Source of the DNA: Planctomycetota bacterium
Lineage (GTDB): Bacteria > Planctomycetota > UBA11346
Assembly (NCBI GenBank): GCA_038231435.1
Contig: JBBRLJ010000007.1
Coordinates: 32,001 to 96,000 of the forward strand
DNA length: 64,000 nt
Reading direction: 5' to 3'
In this document: positions 47,501 to 58,916 of the stretch, one piece after another
Layout of the letters: every line of letters starts with the position of its first letter
Numbering within the stretch: the first letter of the stretch is position 1
Notes under the pieces: model-generated
What the model was told of the DNA's origin: nothing
What the model saw: the letters and a program-made list of their open reading frames with translations, nothing else
The model's database searches: none
Made by a program: the position numbers and the translations under genes

Positions 47501-48919
47501 ATGCCGAACACGCACTCGCATTCCAGCAGAGCGGCCATCGTCAGCTGTCCCGGCAGGGCCAGGCCGGGGTTCACGCTCATCGAGCTGCTGATCGTCATCG
47601 CCATCATCAGTATCCTCGCGGGCATGACGCTCACCATCATGGCGACCATCCGCTTCCGCGCGTCCACGCTCGATACGGTCACGCGCATGCAGGCGGTGCT
47701 GAACGGGCTCGCCACGTACAGCCAGACCGAAGGCGCGACCGCGGCATCGCTGCAGATGAATTTTCAGCTGGGCGGGGTTGGCAAGTTCGCCTCGCTCGAC
47801 ACCATCTCTGGCATCATCGACTCGAACGCGAGCCTCAACGCCGGCACCGTGATGCCGCCGCTCCTGGTGGTGCCAGACTTCAGCGGCACGGTGTGGTCTA
47901 CCACCGCGCCCGATCAGAAGGATCAACAGAAGCCGCAGTGGAAGAACACCTTCGACGTCCTGCCCTCGGCGCAGAATCCCGCGGCCTCTGCGGCCTATTA
48001 CGCCACCAGGTGGCCAACGCAGTGGCCGACGACCGACTGGCTGCAGGCGTCACCAGGCACTCTCCCGCCGATCCTGCGCTTCCCGTGGGGGAAACCCGGA
48101 TTGACGCTCAGCGGCGAGATCTGTGATCCGAACCAGCCGGCGGCCGCAGTGGTGCGCCACGCGATGGAGTTCGACAGCTTGTACAACTGGCGGAAGAACC
48201 AGGGCGGCATCGACGTGCCCGTCGCCAATGCCTGGATCACCATGGGCGGCGTCGGCTCGCTGCCGACTGGTCCGACTCCGGTGCTGAAGTTCTCCACCGC
48301 GAATAGCGCGCAGAGCGATGCGGTGGTGTCGTCGGTCGAGGGGCGCCGCTCCGATGGCACCGACGTGACCGTCCAGGCCAACCAGCCGCTGCCGTTCGAT
48401 CTCGGCTACCTCTCGCCGTTGCGCACCATCGATCTGCTGGTGGCGGCAGGGGTGCTACCGGTCGGCGGCGAATCCCAGTACCGCACCGATCGCAAGCTCA
48501 AGCGCACCTGGAACGACGCGTGGGGGAATCCCCTCGTCGTGGGCTACGCCGTCTTCCAGCCTGAACGCTTCTACCGCAACTACGACCGCGACAACCGCCG
48601 CGAACTGTTGCTGAAATCCGCGCAGAACGCCTACGGATACGGACGCTCGATCTACGTCGCCGTCGGTGCCGTCGGCCCCGAGCGCGGCGCGATCGCCGGA
48701 AGCATCACGGGAAGCGGCGCGCTGGATGCATCGACCGGCCCCGCCAGCGACCCCGCTCCGCTGGCGCAGATCTGGAAGCAGATCTGCCGTAACTGTGGAG
48801 CGCATCTGTGGACCGAGAGCGGCTTCGCATCTCCTCCGAAGGCCTGGAGCAGCGGCACGGCGAAGGGCGCCAAGAACGGCATGCGCTCGTTCCTGTCCCA
48901 GCCCAAGGAGATCCGCTGA
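47501..48919 (+). CDS. Prepilin-type protein, PilE/GspG-like
   Basis: RPG|FTLIELLIVIAIISILAGM; later DAWGNPL motif typical of GspG-like domains. Confidence 0.8.
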   Translation: MPNTHSHSSRAAIVSCPGRARPGFTLIELLIVIAIISILAGMTLTIMATIRFRASTLDTVTRMQAVLNGLATYSQTEGATAASLQMNFQLGGVGKFASLDTISGIIDSNASLNAGTVMPPLLVVPDFSGTVWSTTAPDQKDQQKPQWKNTFDVLPSAQNPAASAAYYATRWPTQWPTTDWLQASPGTLPPILRFPWGKPGLTLSGEICDPNQPAAAVVRHAMEFDSLYNWRKNQGGIDVPVANAWITMGGVGSLPTGPTPVLKFSTANSAQSDAVVSSVEGRRSDGTDVTVQANQPLPFDLGYLSPLRTIDLLVAAGVLPVGGESQYRTDRKLKRTWNDAWGNPLVVGYAVFQPERFYRNYDRDNRRELLLKSAQNAYGYGRSIYVAVGAVGPERGAIAGSITGSGALDASTGPASDPAPLAQIWKQICRNCGAHLWTESGFASPPKAWSSGTAKGAKNGMRSFLSQPKEIR

Positions 48920-49303
48920 GAGGCGGTCGAAGCTGCCTGCGGAATCGGCTACGGCCATCTCGACCTCTCCCCAACACCTCCAGAGGGTGGACGAGCACCG
49001 AGCCGATCGATCACGTCGGTGATAGCGCTCGGGTTGTGGTCCGTTGAGCGCCTCCTCGGGCAGGTCAAGTGCATCATGGATGAGCCGTGCGCGTGAGGGA
49101 GCGCGGAGGGCATCGTCGGCGTGACATAAGCGCTGTATGGCCAATGAGTCCCTCGAAGCGTGCCATTCTCGCAGGGGGAGCTCGCGGGAAATTTGTGGGG
49201 AAATCCTTCCCAGGGATGGCATAATGCGGGGCCCCACCAAGACACGCCCCGCCTTACTCCCATTTAGCCATTCCTCCTCACGCCCACCCTCCGCGAGGTA
49301 CTC

Positions 49304-49552
49304 GTGCTCTACCAAACCAGCTCCACCGCATCGATCCATCCGAGCATCGACGGACTCGTCGCGATGATCACGGCGAAGAAGAACTCCGCCGAAGAGGATG
49401 CCAAGCTGCGTGAGCTGTGCCGGCGCAAGATCCGCAGCTACCGCGAGGACGTGTACCTCAAGCGCTACACCACCTCGACCGACCTGGCTGCCGCCAAAGA
49501 CCGCTGGCAGATGGTGACCGAGTTCGCCAATCGCGAGCCCAAGAAGACCTGA
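49304..49552 (+). CDS. Small basic hypothetical protein (82 aa)
   Basis: GAGG SD before a GTG start; strong GC3 codon bias; extended -10-like TGGCATAAT at 49217-49225. Confidence 0.7.
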   Translation: MLYQTSSTASIHPSIDGLVAMITAKKNSAEEDAKLRELCRRKIRSYREDVYLKRYTTSTDLAAAKDRWQMVTEFANREPKKT

Positions 49553-49606
49553 GCCCTCAGGGCTAGCCGCCGGCCCGGGGGCGGCTTCCACGCTCTGCGT
49601 CGCTCT

Positions 49607-49651
49607 GGCGATCCAAGGCGATCCAAGGCGATCCAAGGCGATCCATGGCGA
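49607..49651. repeat. (GGCGATCCAA)x4.5 tandem repeat, intergenic
   Basis: Read directly; the fourth copy ends CCAT. Confidence 0.9.
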
Positions 49652-49974
49652 AAGTCGGTAGCGGCCGCCTGCTCCGTCTTTCCCGCGGATCCCATCCGTT
49701 CTCCGACATCATGCGATGTGCCGGCAGGTGCCGGATCGGCCACCGAGATCGTACGAGATCGGCGCCATCCTCACGTCGTATCGTCGACAGCCTGGGCCGA
49801 GGTCGCCCGTATGCCGCGAGGGTCGCCAAGGCGCGATACCGTCTTCGCGCCGCGTCGGAGCGGATCCTTCCCGGCGGGTACCGGGTCGCCGACTGTATCC
49901 TGCGAATACTCCCCATCTGCACCTACCCCGGTTGCACATCCCGGTACCCTCGAGGCTAACGGGAGCCGATACCG

Positions 49975-51177
49975 ATGAAGCCGAGCAGCAGCACCAAGGC
50001 AACGCCCACCAAACCGTCGACGAGCGGGATGCCGCCGATGAGCGCGTCGCCGATCAACCAGCGCGTGCAGGCGGTGATGGATGGTCTGGTGGCCAGCGGC
50101 CGCGAACTCGGGCTGCAGGCCGCAGCGTACCACCACGGCGCTCTGGTGGTCGACGCCTGGGCCGGGGTCGCCGACGCGAAGACCGCGAGGCCGGTCGACG
50201 GCGACACGCTCTTCCCGGTGTTCTCGGTGACCAAGGGAATCGCAGCGACCATCGCGAACATCCTGGCCGAGCGCGGCGTGATCGATCTCGACGCGCCGAT
50301 CGCCCGCTACTGGCCGGCGTTCGCGGCGCGAGGCAAGCAGCACGTGACGCTACGTCAGGTGCTCGGCCACCGCGCGGGCGTCCCGCACATGCCCGACGGT
50401 CTGGTCGGCTCGCAGATCTGCGACTGGGAGGCGATGTGCGCGCGCATCGCCGAGGCCGAGCCGCTCTGGGAGCCCGGATCCACCATCTATTACCACGCCA
50501 TGACCTACGGCTGGATTGTCGGCGAGGTCGCGCGGCTGGCCGATGGCCGTGATTTCGCGACTCTGCTGCGCGACGAGATCTGCGCGCCGCTCGGCATCGA
50601 TTCGCTGTTCGTGGGCATCCCTGAGCGCGTCGCGACGCGCGTGGCGGTGCTCGAGGCGGCACGACCAGCACCGCCGTCAGCGGCAGCCGCGCCCGCAACC
50701 GCAACCGCAGCCGTGCCAGCGCCGCCGGACCCGGTGGCGGAGCGCTCGATCCCACCCTACGTCAGGCCGCTCGAGGACTGGATGAACCGCGCGGACATCC
50801 AACGCGCCTGCATCCCCGCGAGCAATGGCATCATGAGCGCCCGTGGCATCGCCAAGCATTACGCGGCGCTGATCGGCACGCTCGGGGTGCGCATCCTCTC
50901 GCCTGAAGCGCTCGATCGCGCCATCGCCCTGAATGCGCCCCCGGGACTCGGCGCCGCCCAGGTGACCAGCCGCTTCGGGCTCGGCTACGGGCTCTCCGGG
51001 CCGGAGAGCGAGCCTGGCCGCAGCTTCGGCCATGGTGGCTACGGCGGCGCCACCGGCTCGGCCGACCGCGGCTGCGGGCTCGCGATCGCGGTGACCAAGA
51101 ACCGCATGTCCGACAGCCAGCAGCCGGGCAGCGTCGAGTTGATCACCCGCGAGATCCGCGCCGCGCTCGGGGTGTAA
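49975..51177 (+). CDS. Serine hydrolase of the beta-lactamase class C / family VIII esterase type
   Basis: FSVTK (SxxK), YHAMTYG, FGHGGYGG; start could be 50038. Confidence 0.9.
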   Translation: MKPSSSTKATPTKPSTSGMPPMSASPINQRVQAVMDGLVASGRELGLQAAAYHHGALVVDAWAGVADAKTARPVDGDTLFPVFSVTKGIAATIANILAERGVIDLDAPIARYWPAFAARGKQHVTLRQVLGHRAGVPHMPDGLVGSQICDWEAMCARIAEAEPLWEPGSTIYYHAMTYGWIVGEVARLADGRDFATLLRDEICAPLGIDSLFVGIPERVATRVAVLEAARPAPPSAAAAPATATAAVPAPPDPVAERSIPPYVRPLEDWMNRADIQRACIPASNGIMSARGIAKHYAALIGTLGVRILSPEALDRAIALNAPPGLGAAQVTSRFGLGYGLSGPESEPGRSFGHGGYGGATGSADRGCGLAIAVTKNRMSDSQQPGSVELITREIRAALGV

Positions 51178-51194
51178 GGGGGAACGTCCCCGCC

Positions 51195-52616
51195 TCACTC
51201 CATGCGGCGCGCCAGCGAGCCGAGCACGCGCAGGCGGCCGTCATGGGCCTCGCGCCACTGCGCCGCGTTCAAGCGGATGAAGTGCTGGTAGCGCAGCTTC
51301 GCCGAGAACAGCGGGCCTGGCGAGATCGAGATGTGCGCGTCCAGCGCGGCGGCATAGAGGCGGCGCGCGTCGATGCGGTCGGGCAGCTCCACCCATAGCA
51401 CGTAGCCGCCGGCCGGACGTGTGACGCGTGTGCCCTCCGGGAAATGCCGGGCCACCGCGTCGGCCATCGCCCCGCACTGCCGCCCATAGGTGGCGCGCGC
51501 GGTCTTGAGGAAGCGGTCATAGCCGCCGCGGGCGAGGAATTCGCACATCACCGCCTGGGTCAGCGGCGAACACGACACCGAGTTGGTGAAATGCAGATGT
51601 TCGAGCGCCTCCTGGAACCTGCCGGCGGCGATCCAGCCGACGCGCATGCCGGGGGCGACGGTCTTGGAGAAGGACGACACCCACAGCACCAGGCCGCGGG
51701 TGTCGAACGCCTTCGCCGGCTTGGGGCGCGAGCCGTCGTGCGCGAGGTCGCCGAAAACGTCGTCCTCGATCAACGGGATGCCGCGTCCGCCCAGCATCTC
51801 GACCAGCTCGCGCTTGGCGTCCTCGCTCGACGAGCTGCCGAGCGGGTTGTTGAAATTGGGCATCGCCACCACCGCGGCGATGCGGTGCTCGTCGAGCGCC
51901 TCGCGCAGCGATGCGAGCGAGATGCCTTCGCGGGGATGGGTCGGGATTTCCACCACGCGCAGGCCGAGCGCGGCGATCGACTGCAGCAGGCCGTAATAGA
52001 TCGGAGATTCGATGGCCACGGTGTCGCCAGCCTTGCAGGTCACGCGCAGGGCGAGGGTCAGCGCCTCGAGCGCGCCGCCGGTGATCGCCAACTCGTCGGG
52101 ACCGATCGCGCAGCCAATCGCCAACGCGCGGCGCGCGATCCGGCCGCGCAGGTCACGGCTGCCGGGCGGCGCGCCATACCGGTCGATGCCGGTGGCGCCG
52201 CGCCGCGCGAGCGCGGCGATGATGGCATTGATCTCGGCCGTGGGCAGGAAAGCAGGGTCCGGCATCGCCGGGCCAAACGGCGTCAGCTTGGGATCGGTAG
52301 AATCGCGCAGCACCATCAGCGCCAGCTGCCAGATGGCGACCTCGGTCGGGCGCGGATGCGGTTTCGAGATCCCGGGTTCGGCGGCCTCTGGTGGTGCGGC
52401 GCGTGCGAAATGGCCTGACTGCGGGCGCGGATCCACCAGCCCTCGGCGTTCGAGCAGCCGATAGGCCGCGGCCACGGTGGTCAGGCTGGCGCCGTGCTGC
52501 CGGCACAGCTCGCGCACCGAGGGCATGCGCTCGCCGACGGCGTAAGTGCCGGTGCGGATAGCGCTCTCGAGGCGCGCCGCGAGGCGCTCGTAGCGGGTGG
52601 CGGCCGGGCGATCCAT
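51195..52616 (-). CDS. MocR/GabR-family PLP-dependent GntR regulator
   Basis: wHTH RMPSVRELC...AYRLLERRG...PQSG plus aminotransferase domain (PNFNNPLG, IEDDVF, SFSKTVAPGMRVGW). Confidence 0.93.
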   Translation of the reverse strand: MDRPAATRYERLAARLESAIRTGTYAVGERMPSVRELCRQHGASLTTVAAAYRLLERRGLVDPRPQSGHFARAAPPEAAEPGISKPHPRPTEVAIWQLALMVLRDSTDPKLTPFGPAMPDPAFLPTAEINAIIAALARRGATGIDRYGAPPGSRDLRGRIARRALAIGCAIGPDELAITGGALEALTLALRVTCKAGDTVAIESPIYYGLLQSIAALGLRVVEIPTHPREGISLASLREALDEHRIAAVVAMPNFNNPLGSSSSEDAKRELVEMLGGRGIPLIEDDVFGDLAHDGSRPKPAKAFDTRGLVLWVSSFSKTVAPGMRVGWIAAGRFQEALEHLHFTNSVSCSPLTQAVMCEFLARGGYDRFLKTARATYGRQCGAMADAVARHFPEGTRVTRPAGGYVLWVELPDRIDARRLYAAALDAHISISPGPLFSAKLRYQHFIRLNAAQWREAHDGRLRVLGSLARRME

Positions 52617-52707
52617 CTGTATCGCATCGTCTGGCTCGAAACCCGACGATACAGTACAGTTCGACTGCCGTAGGACCGGTACAGCGCACACCGGGAAGCG
52701 TCTGTAG
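52617..52707. promoter_or_regulatory. Repeated CTGTA/TACAG sites, likely MocR operator
   Basis: CTGTATCG 52617, CGATACAG 52647, TACAG 52655, GGTACAG 52678 and CTGTAG 52702 in the divergent intergenic region. Confidence 0.6.
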
Positions 52708-52766
52708 CCCGTGGATCCGCCGGTTCTGGGTCTGATGGGATCGGTGGCGCTGCCTACGCTTCCCAC

Positions 52767-53567
52767 ATGACTACCGTTGGACCCGGCACCACGACCTCAG
52801 GCGCCAAGAGCGCGAACCCCATCGACCTCTCCGGGTCGGTGGCGCTGATCACCGGCTCCAGCCAAGGCCTGGGCGCCGCGACCGCAGCGATGCTCCACCG
52901 CCATGGCGCATCAGTGATCATCAACTTCTGGGACGACGCGCGCGGGGCCAACCGCGCGTTGGCCAGCGAGGTGGTGGCGGGGTTGGGCGAGCGAGCGATC
53001 GCGCTGCCGGCGGACGTGCGCAAGCCCGTCGAGATCGAGGCCATGCTGGTGGCGGCGCAATCCCGCTTCGGTCGCCTGGACATGGTGGTGAACAACGCCG
53101 GCATCGTGCGCGATCGCACGCTCAAGAACATGTCCGGCGATGAGTGGCAGTCGGTGATCGACACCAACCTCACCGGCGTATTCAACATCTGCAAGGCGTG
53201 CGTGCCGCTGCTCTCCGACGGTGGCAGGATAGTCAATGTCTCTTCGATCTCGGCCGCGCTTGGTTTCTTCGGCCAGGCCAACTACGCGGCGGCGAAGGCC
53301 GGCATCCAGGGACTGACGCGGGTGCTCGCGCGCGAGCTGGCGAAGCGCTCCATCACCGTCAATGCGGTGGCTCCTGGTCTGGTGCTCACCGACATGGGCC
53401 AGACCATCCCCGCGACGGAACGCGAGCGCATGCTGGCGCAGATCCCGCTCGCGCGTTTCGGCGCGGCAGATGACATCGCCGGAGCGATCCTCTTCCTGTG
53501 CAGCGGCTTGGCGGGCTACGTCACCGGCCAGACCATCCACGTCAACGGCGGCTGGCTGCCCACATGA
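52767..53567 (+). CDS. FabG/PhaB-like 3-oxoacyl-(CoA/ACP) reductase
   Basis: [30 protein letters not shown]. Confidence 0.9.
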   Translation: MTTVGPGTTTSGAKSANPIDLSGSVALITGSSQGLGAATAAMLHRHGASVIINFWDDARGANRALASEVVAGLGERAIALPADVRKPVEIEAMLVAAQSRFGRLDMVVNNAGIVRDRTLKNMSGDEWQSVIDTNLTGVFNICKACVPLLSDGGRIVNVSSISAALGFFGQANYAAAKAGIQGLTRVLARELAKRSITVNAVAPGLVLTDMGQTIPATERERMLAQIPLARFGAADDIAGAILFLCSGLAGYVTGQTIHVNGGWLPT

Positions 53568-55281
53568 TCGCGCCGCCCATCGCCGCCATTCCCGTGACTG
53601 CTCGTGGCCAGGACGCGGCCGCCTCGGCCCAAGCAGGAACGTCCGACGGGCGCGAGCCACGCCCGATCGATGCGAAGCGCTGCACGGCAGCCGAGGCGGT
53701 GGCGCTGATCCGCGACGGGCAAACCGTTGCGTGCGGCGGATTCGTCGGCGCGGGCCATCCAGAGGCGCTGTCGGTCGCGCTTGAGCGCCGCTTTCTCGCC
53801 GGCGAAGGTCCCGCCGGGCTGACGCTGATGTACGGCGCTGGCCAGGGGGATGGAGTCTCGCGCGGGCTCAACCACCTCGCGCACGCCGGGCTGCTCAAAC
53901 GCGTGGTCGGCGGCCATTGGGGCCTGGCTCCGCGGCTCGGTCAGCTCGCGCTCGCTGGCGCGATCGAAGCCTACAACCTGCCCCAAGGCGTGATCTGCCA
54001 ACTCTACCGCGACATCGCCGCGGGGCGTCCTGGCTGCGTCACCCATGTCGGACTCGACACCTGCGTCGATCCGCTGCACGGCGGCGGCAAGCTGAACGCG
54101 CGCACTACCGAAGAACTGGTCGAACGCATCCAGCTGGGCGGTGAGAGCTGGCTATGGTACCGCGCCTTCCCGGTGCACGTCGGCTTGATCCGCGCCGCGG
54201 CGGCCGATCCGTTCGGCAACCTGGTGATGGACGACGAGGCGATGATCGGTGACGTGCTGGCCATCGCCCAGGCCGCGCACAACAGCGGCGGCATCGTCAT
54301 CGCCCAGGTGCGGCGCATCCTCGATGCTCCCGCCCGGCCGCACCATGTGCGCGTGCCGGGCATCCTGGTCGACCGCGTGGTGCTCGCCGAGGCGGCGGAC
54401 CACCAAGTGACCTTCGGCGAGGACCGGAACGACAGCTACTCGTCTCCTCAGCCGACCCCCGCGGCGAGTCCGGAACGGGGAACAGCAGGAGACGGAGCGA
54501 TCCACTCGCTGCCAGGGCTCGGCTCGGAACCGATCGATGAGCGCCGCATCATCGCCGCGCGCGCCTGCGACGAACTGCGCGCGGGCGCCATCGTCAACAT
54601 CGGCATCGGCATCCCGGAAGGCATCGTGGGGGTTGCGGCCGCGCGTGGTCTGCTGCGCCGCGTCACCCTGACCATCGAGAGCGGGCCGATCGGCGGCATG
54701 CCGGCCGGCGGCCTGTCCTTCGGCGCGTCGGCGTACCCGCAGGCGATCATCGACCAGCCCGCGCAGTTCGACTTCTATGACGGCAGGGGGCTCGATTTCG
54801 CCGCGCTCGGCGCCGGGCAGATCGACGAGCTCGGCAACGTCAACGTGTCGCGCTTCGGCGACCGCATCGCCGGGGTGGGCGGCTTCATCAACATCTCGCA
54901 GAACGCCAAGCGCCTGGTGTTCTGCGCGACCTTCACCGCCTCCGGTCTGGCGGTCGAGGTGCGCGAGGGCCGCCTGGCGATCCTCAGCGAGGGCCGCCAC
55001 GCCAAGTTCCTGCGCCGGGTCGAGCACATCTCGTTCAGCGCCGCGCGCGCGCGCCGGCGCGGGCAGGAGGTGCTCTACGTCACCGAGCGCGCGGTGTTCC
55101 GCCTCGGCGACGCCGGGCTGGAGCTGATCGAGGTCGCCCAGGGGATCGACGTGCAACGCCAGGTGCTCGACCTGATGCCGTTCCGCCCTGCGATCGCGGG
55201 CGAGCTGAAGCCGATGCCGGGCAGCGCCTTCATGGCGCAACTGCTTCCGAATCCACATCCACACCCACAACCGGAACGCGC

Positions 55282-55285
<4 letters not shown>
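53564..55285 (+). CDS. Acyl-CoA:acetate/3-ketoacid CoA-transferase (YdiF/Pct family, fused subunits)
   Basis: [32 protein letters not shown] catalytic motif, [21 protein letters not shown] overlap. Confidence 0.92.
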
Positions 55286-56439
<1,154 letters not shown>

Positions 56440-56525
56440 ACGGCGAGCCAGAGTCAGGGAAGCCCAGCCCGGCTTCAACCAGTTCCACTTTCACACATCG
56501 TCGTGACAATGGCAGCGCCACAGGC

Positions 56526-56652
56526 GCCTGCCCCAACCCCCACTGCCCGTTCCTTCGTGGGGGGCAGGCCGGAGGCCGATGTTGGGGGGACCGCGAAGCG
56601 GTCTCAGATGCCCTTTGGGGCATCTGCCGTCCGTAGGAAGTAGCCCCCCAAC
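56526..56652. other. Structured intergenic element (multi-hairpin; REP-like or cis-RNA)
   Basis: GCCTGCCCC/GGGGCAGGC stem, then a GTTGGGGGG/CCCCCCAAC closing stem enclosing three hairpins. Confidence 0.6.
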
Positions 56653-56662
56653 CGAAAGTCAC

Positions 56663-57520
56663 ATGAAGTTCGGCGTCAACCTCCTGCTCTTCGACGATGC
56701 CCCGACACCCGCCGTGCTCGGTCAGTTCGGCCGCCTGCGCGATCTCGGCTTCGACGGCGTCGAGGTGCCGATCTTCGCGCCTGGCACCATCGACACCGAG
56801 CGCGTGCGCCGCCACGCCGAACGCCACGGCCTGGCGATCACCGCCTCGGGCGCGCTGCCGCCAGGCGCGCGCTTCTACGGATCCGCCGCATCGCGGAAGC
56901 GGGCCGAGCGCTACCTGCTCGGCGCGATCCGCGTCTGCCAGGAGCTCGGCGCTGGGGTATTCTGCGGCCCGCTCTACAAGCCGGTCGGCGACACCGACGA
57001 GTCGCTGTCCCTGCCGGTACAGCGCCGCGAGACCGCGAAGGCGCTCGCGCACCCGGTCGCCGACGCCGAGAGCCGCGGCGTAGTGCTGGCCTTCGAGCCG
57101 CTCAATCGCTTCGAGACCAACTTCCTCAACACCGTCGACGATGCGGTGGCCTTCGCCCGCGCCCTGGATTCGTCCGCGGCCGGGCTGCTCCTGGACACCT
57201 TCCACATGCACATCGAGGAGAAGGACACCGCGGCCGCGATCGCGCGCGCGGGCCGCGCGCGCGCCATCGCCCACTTCCACGCCTGCGAAAACGATCGCGG
57301 CGCGGCCGGCAGCGGCCAGGTGCACTGGGCGCCAGTCGCCAAGGCGCTGCGCAGATCGGGGTACGATGGCTGGGTAGTGCTCGAGAGTTTCAGCCAGACC
57401 AACCAGATCATCCGCAAGGCGGTGTCGTGCTGGCGGCCGTTCTACGCCTCGCCCCTCGAGTTCTGCCGCGACGGTGTGCGCTTCATGCGCAAGCGTCTCG
57501 GCGCGGCCTCCCGGCGCTGA
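56663..57520 (+). CDS. Sugar phosphate isomerase/epimerase, D-tagatose/D-psicose 3-epimerase family
   Basis: GFDGVEVP, FEPLNRFE, LDTFHMHIEE, HFHACENDRG, LESF. Confidence 0.9.
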   Translation: MKFGVNLLLFDDAPTPAVLGQFGRLRDLGFDGVEVPIFAPGTIDTERVRRHAERHGLAITASGALPPGARFYGSAASRKRAERYLLGAIRVCQELGAGVFCGPLYKPVGDTDESLSLPVQRRETAKALAHPVADAESRGVVLAFEPLNRFETNFLNTVDDAVAFARALDSSAAGLLLDTFHMHIEEKDTAAAIARAGRARAIAHFHACENDRGAAGSGQVHWAPVAKALRRSGYDGWVVLESFSQTNQIIRKAVSCWRPFYASPLEFCRDGVRFMRKRLGAASRR

Positions 57521-57594
57521 GAACGCTGCTGTCAGCAAGGCGGCAATCCGCCAAGCCACGATTGGCAGCCGCGCGCGCCGTGGGATGATGTGGC

Positions 57595-58911
57595 ATGTGG
57601 ATGGCGGCCGAAGTGGTGGTGGTCGCGTGGATCCTCGGCGGGGGCTGGCTGGTGCTACGAGGCGGACCGTGCGATGGCCTGGCCAGGTTCGGCGGCTTCG
57701 TCATCACCTATCTCGTCGCCGCGCTCGCGGCGTGGCTGTGCGACGCGGGCCTCTCTGGCCTACGTGTCAATATGTGGCTGCGCGTAGGCGCGGCCATCGC
57801 GGTCGGGCTGATCGCCTCGGGCGCGGTCTGGGCGTGGTGGTTCCGCTCAGCGCGCGCGCCGGCGCCGCGGGTGCGGATGTGGCTGGAGACCCGAGCGCCG
57901 CGCTCCGTCCACCGTTTCGCGCTGGTATTGCTGGCGCTGGTGTGGCTGGCTGTGCATGCGGCGGCCTGGACCGTGGCGATCAACGTGGTCGCCGCCAGTT
58001 CGCCGGACCAGGCGGCCGCCATCCGTCGCCAGACGCTGATCTCAGCGGTTCTCCTGAGCGACAGGCTCGGCGCGCGTCCCGCCGATCGCGCGTCGACGCT
58101 TGGAGTTATGCATGGAGAGGCGAGCGACTCGGCTGCGCAGCTGCGCGCGCTCGGCCGGCTGCGCGCCGGTTTCACCAGCGGCATCGACGGCGTGCTCGAT
58201 GCCAGCGGCGCGGGGCGGGTGATGGATGCGATGGACGCGCTCCACGCGCTGATGCGCCTCGACGACGAGCAGCGCGGAGATCTGGCGCACACCATTCCCG
58301 AGCTCCAGCGCCTGTCCGATGATCCGCTGGTGCTCGCGATCGTCGACGACGATCGCCTGATGGCGTTGGTGCGCGAGGCCGGCGGTGGCTCGCTGTCGGC
58401 GATCTACGCCCTGGGCGACGAACCGCGGGTCCAGGAGCTGGTCGAGGATCCGCGCATGCGCGACGCGATCGCGGCCATCGATCTGCTCGCGATCCGCGAC
58501 CGCCTGCGCGCGCGCGAGCGCAGCGTGCTCGAGCCCATGCGCTGGCAGCTCGCGACCATCGCCAGCTCGCTGGAATTCGACCATCGGCTGCGCGATCCCG
58601 CGGGCTGGATCGCGGCTGAATCGGCGGTGCTGGTGTGGCCGAGCGGCCGGCGCTTCGCCGTGGCGCGCGCCAGTGTCGCGGCGTCGACGGCCACGCGCGA
58701 GCTCAGGCTGCGCGGTCAAGCGGCTCCGTCGTGCTGGATCGATGGCGTGGCAGTCCCCCCTGGGCGCGACGGCCAAGCGCGCACCGTCGCGCTGCCCGCA
58801 CGGGGAGGCGAGCTGGTGCTGCTTTTCGACACCGGAGTCGACGCCGGAGTCGACTCCCGGGCGCCCTGCACCTGCGGTGTCGAGGTGGTCGCGTCCACGC
58901 CGGAGCGCTGA
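57595..58911 (+). CDS. Hypothetical membrane protein (N-terminal TM helices, remotely CvpA-like)
   Basis: About four hydrophobic segments followed by a helical soluble region; family assignment weak. Confidence 0.55.
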   Translation: MWMAAEVVVVAWILGGGWLVLRGGPCDGLARFGGFVITYLVAALAAWLCDAGLSGLRVNMWLRVGAAIAVGLIASGAVWAWWFRSARAPAPRVRMWLETRAPRSVHRFALVLLALVWLAVHAAAWTVAINVVAASSPDQAAAIRRQTLISAVLLSDRLGARPADRASTLGVMHGEASDSAAQLRALGRLRAGFTSGIDGVLDASGAGRVMDAMDALHALMRLDDEQRGDLAHTIPELQRLSDDPLVLAIVDDDRLMALVREAGGGSLSAIYALGDEPRVQELVEDPRMRDAIAAIDLLAIRDRLRARERSVLEPMRWQLATIASSLEFDHRLRDPAGWIAAESAVLVWPSGRRFAVARASVAASTATRELRLRGQAAPSCWIDGVAVPPGRDGQARTVALPARGGELVLLFDTGVDAGVDSRAPCTCGVEVVASTPER

Positions 58912-58916
58912 CGGGA

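Noticed and set aside
49923..49936. Third LacI operator-like site (CCGGTTGCA)
   Set aside because: Only a half-site match with altered spacing, far from the regulator
49645..49959. 104-aa ORF with a faint AraC-like stretch (ARVAKARYRL)
   Set aside because: The similarity is too short and codon usage is not coding-like; it cannot be supported even as a pseudogene
49975..51177. Antibiotic-resistance beta-lactamase
   Set aside because: YHA and HGG motifs and the lack of a signal peptide fit family VIII esterases better than AmpC
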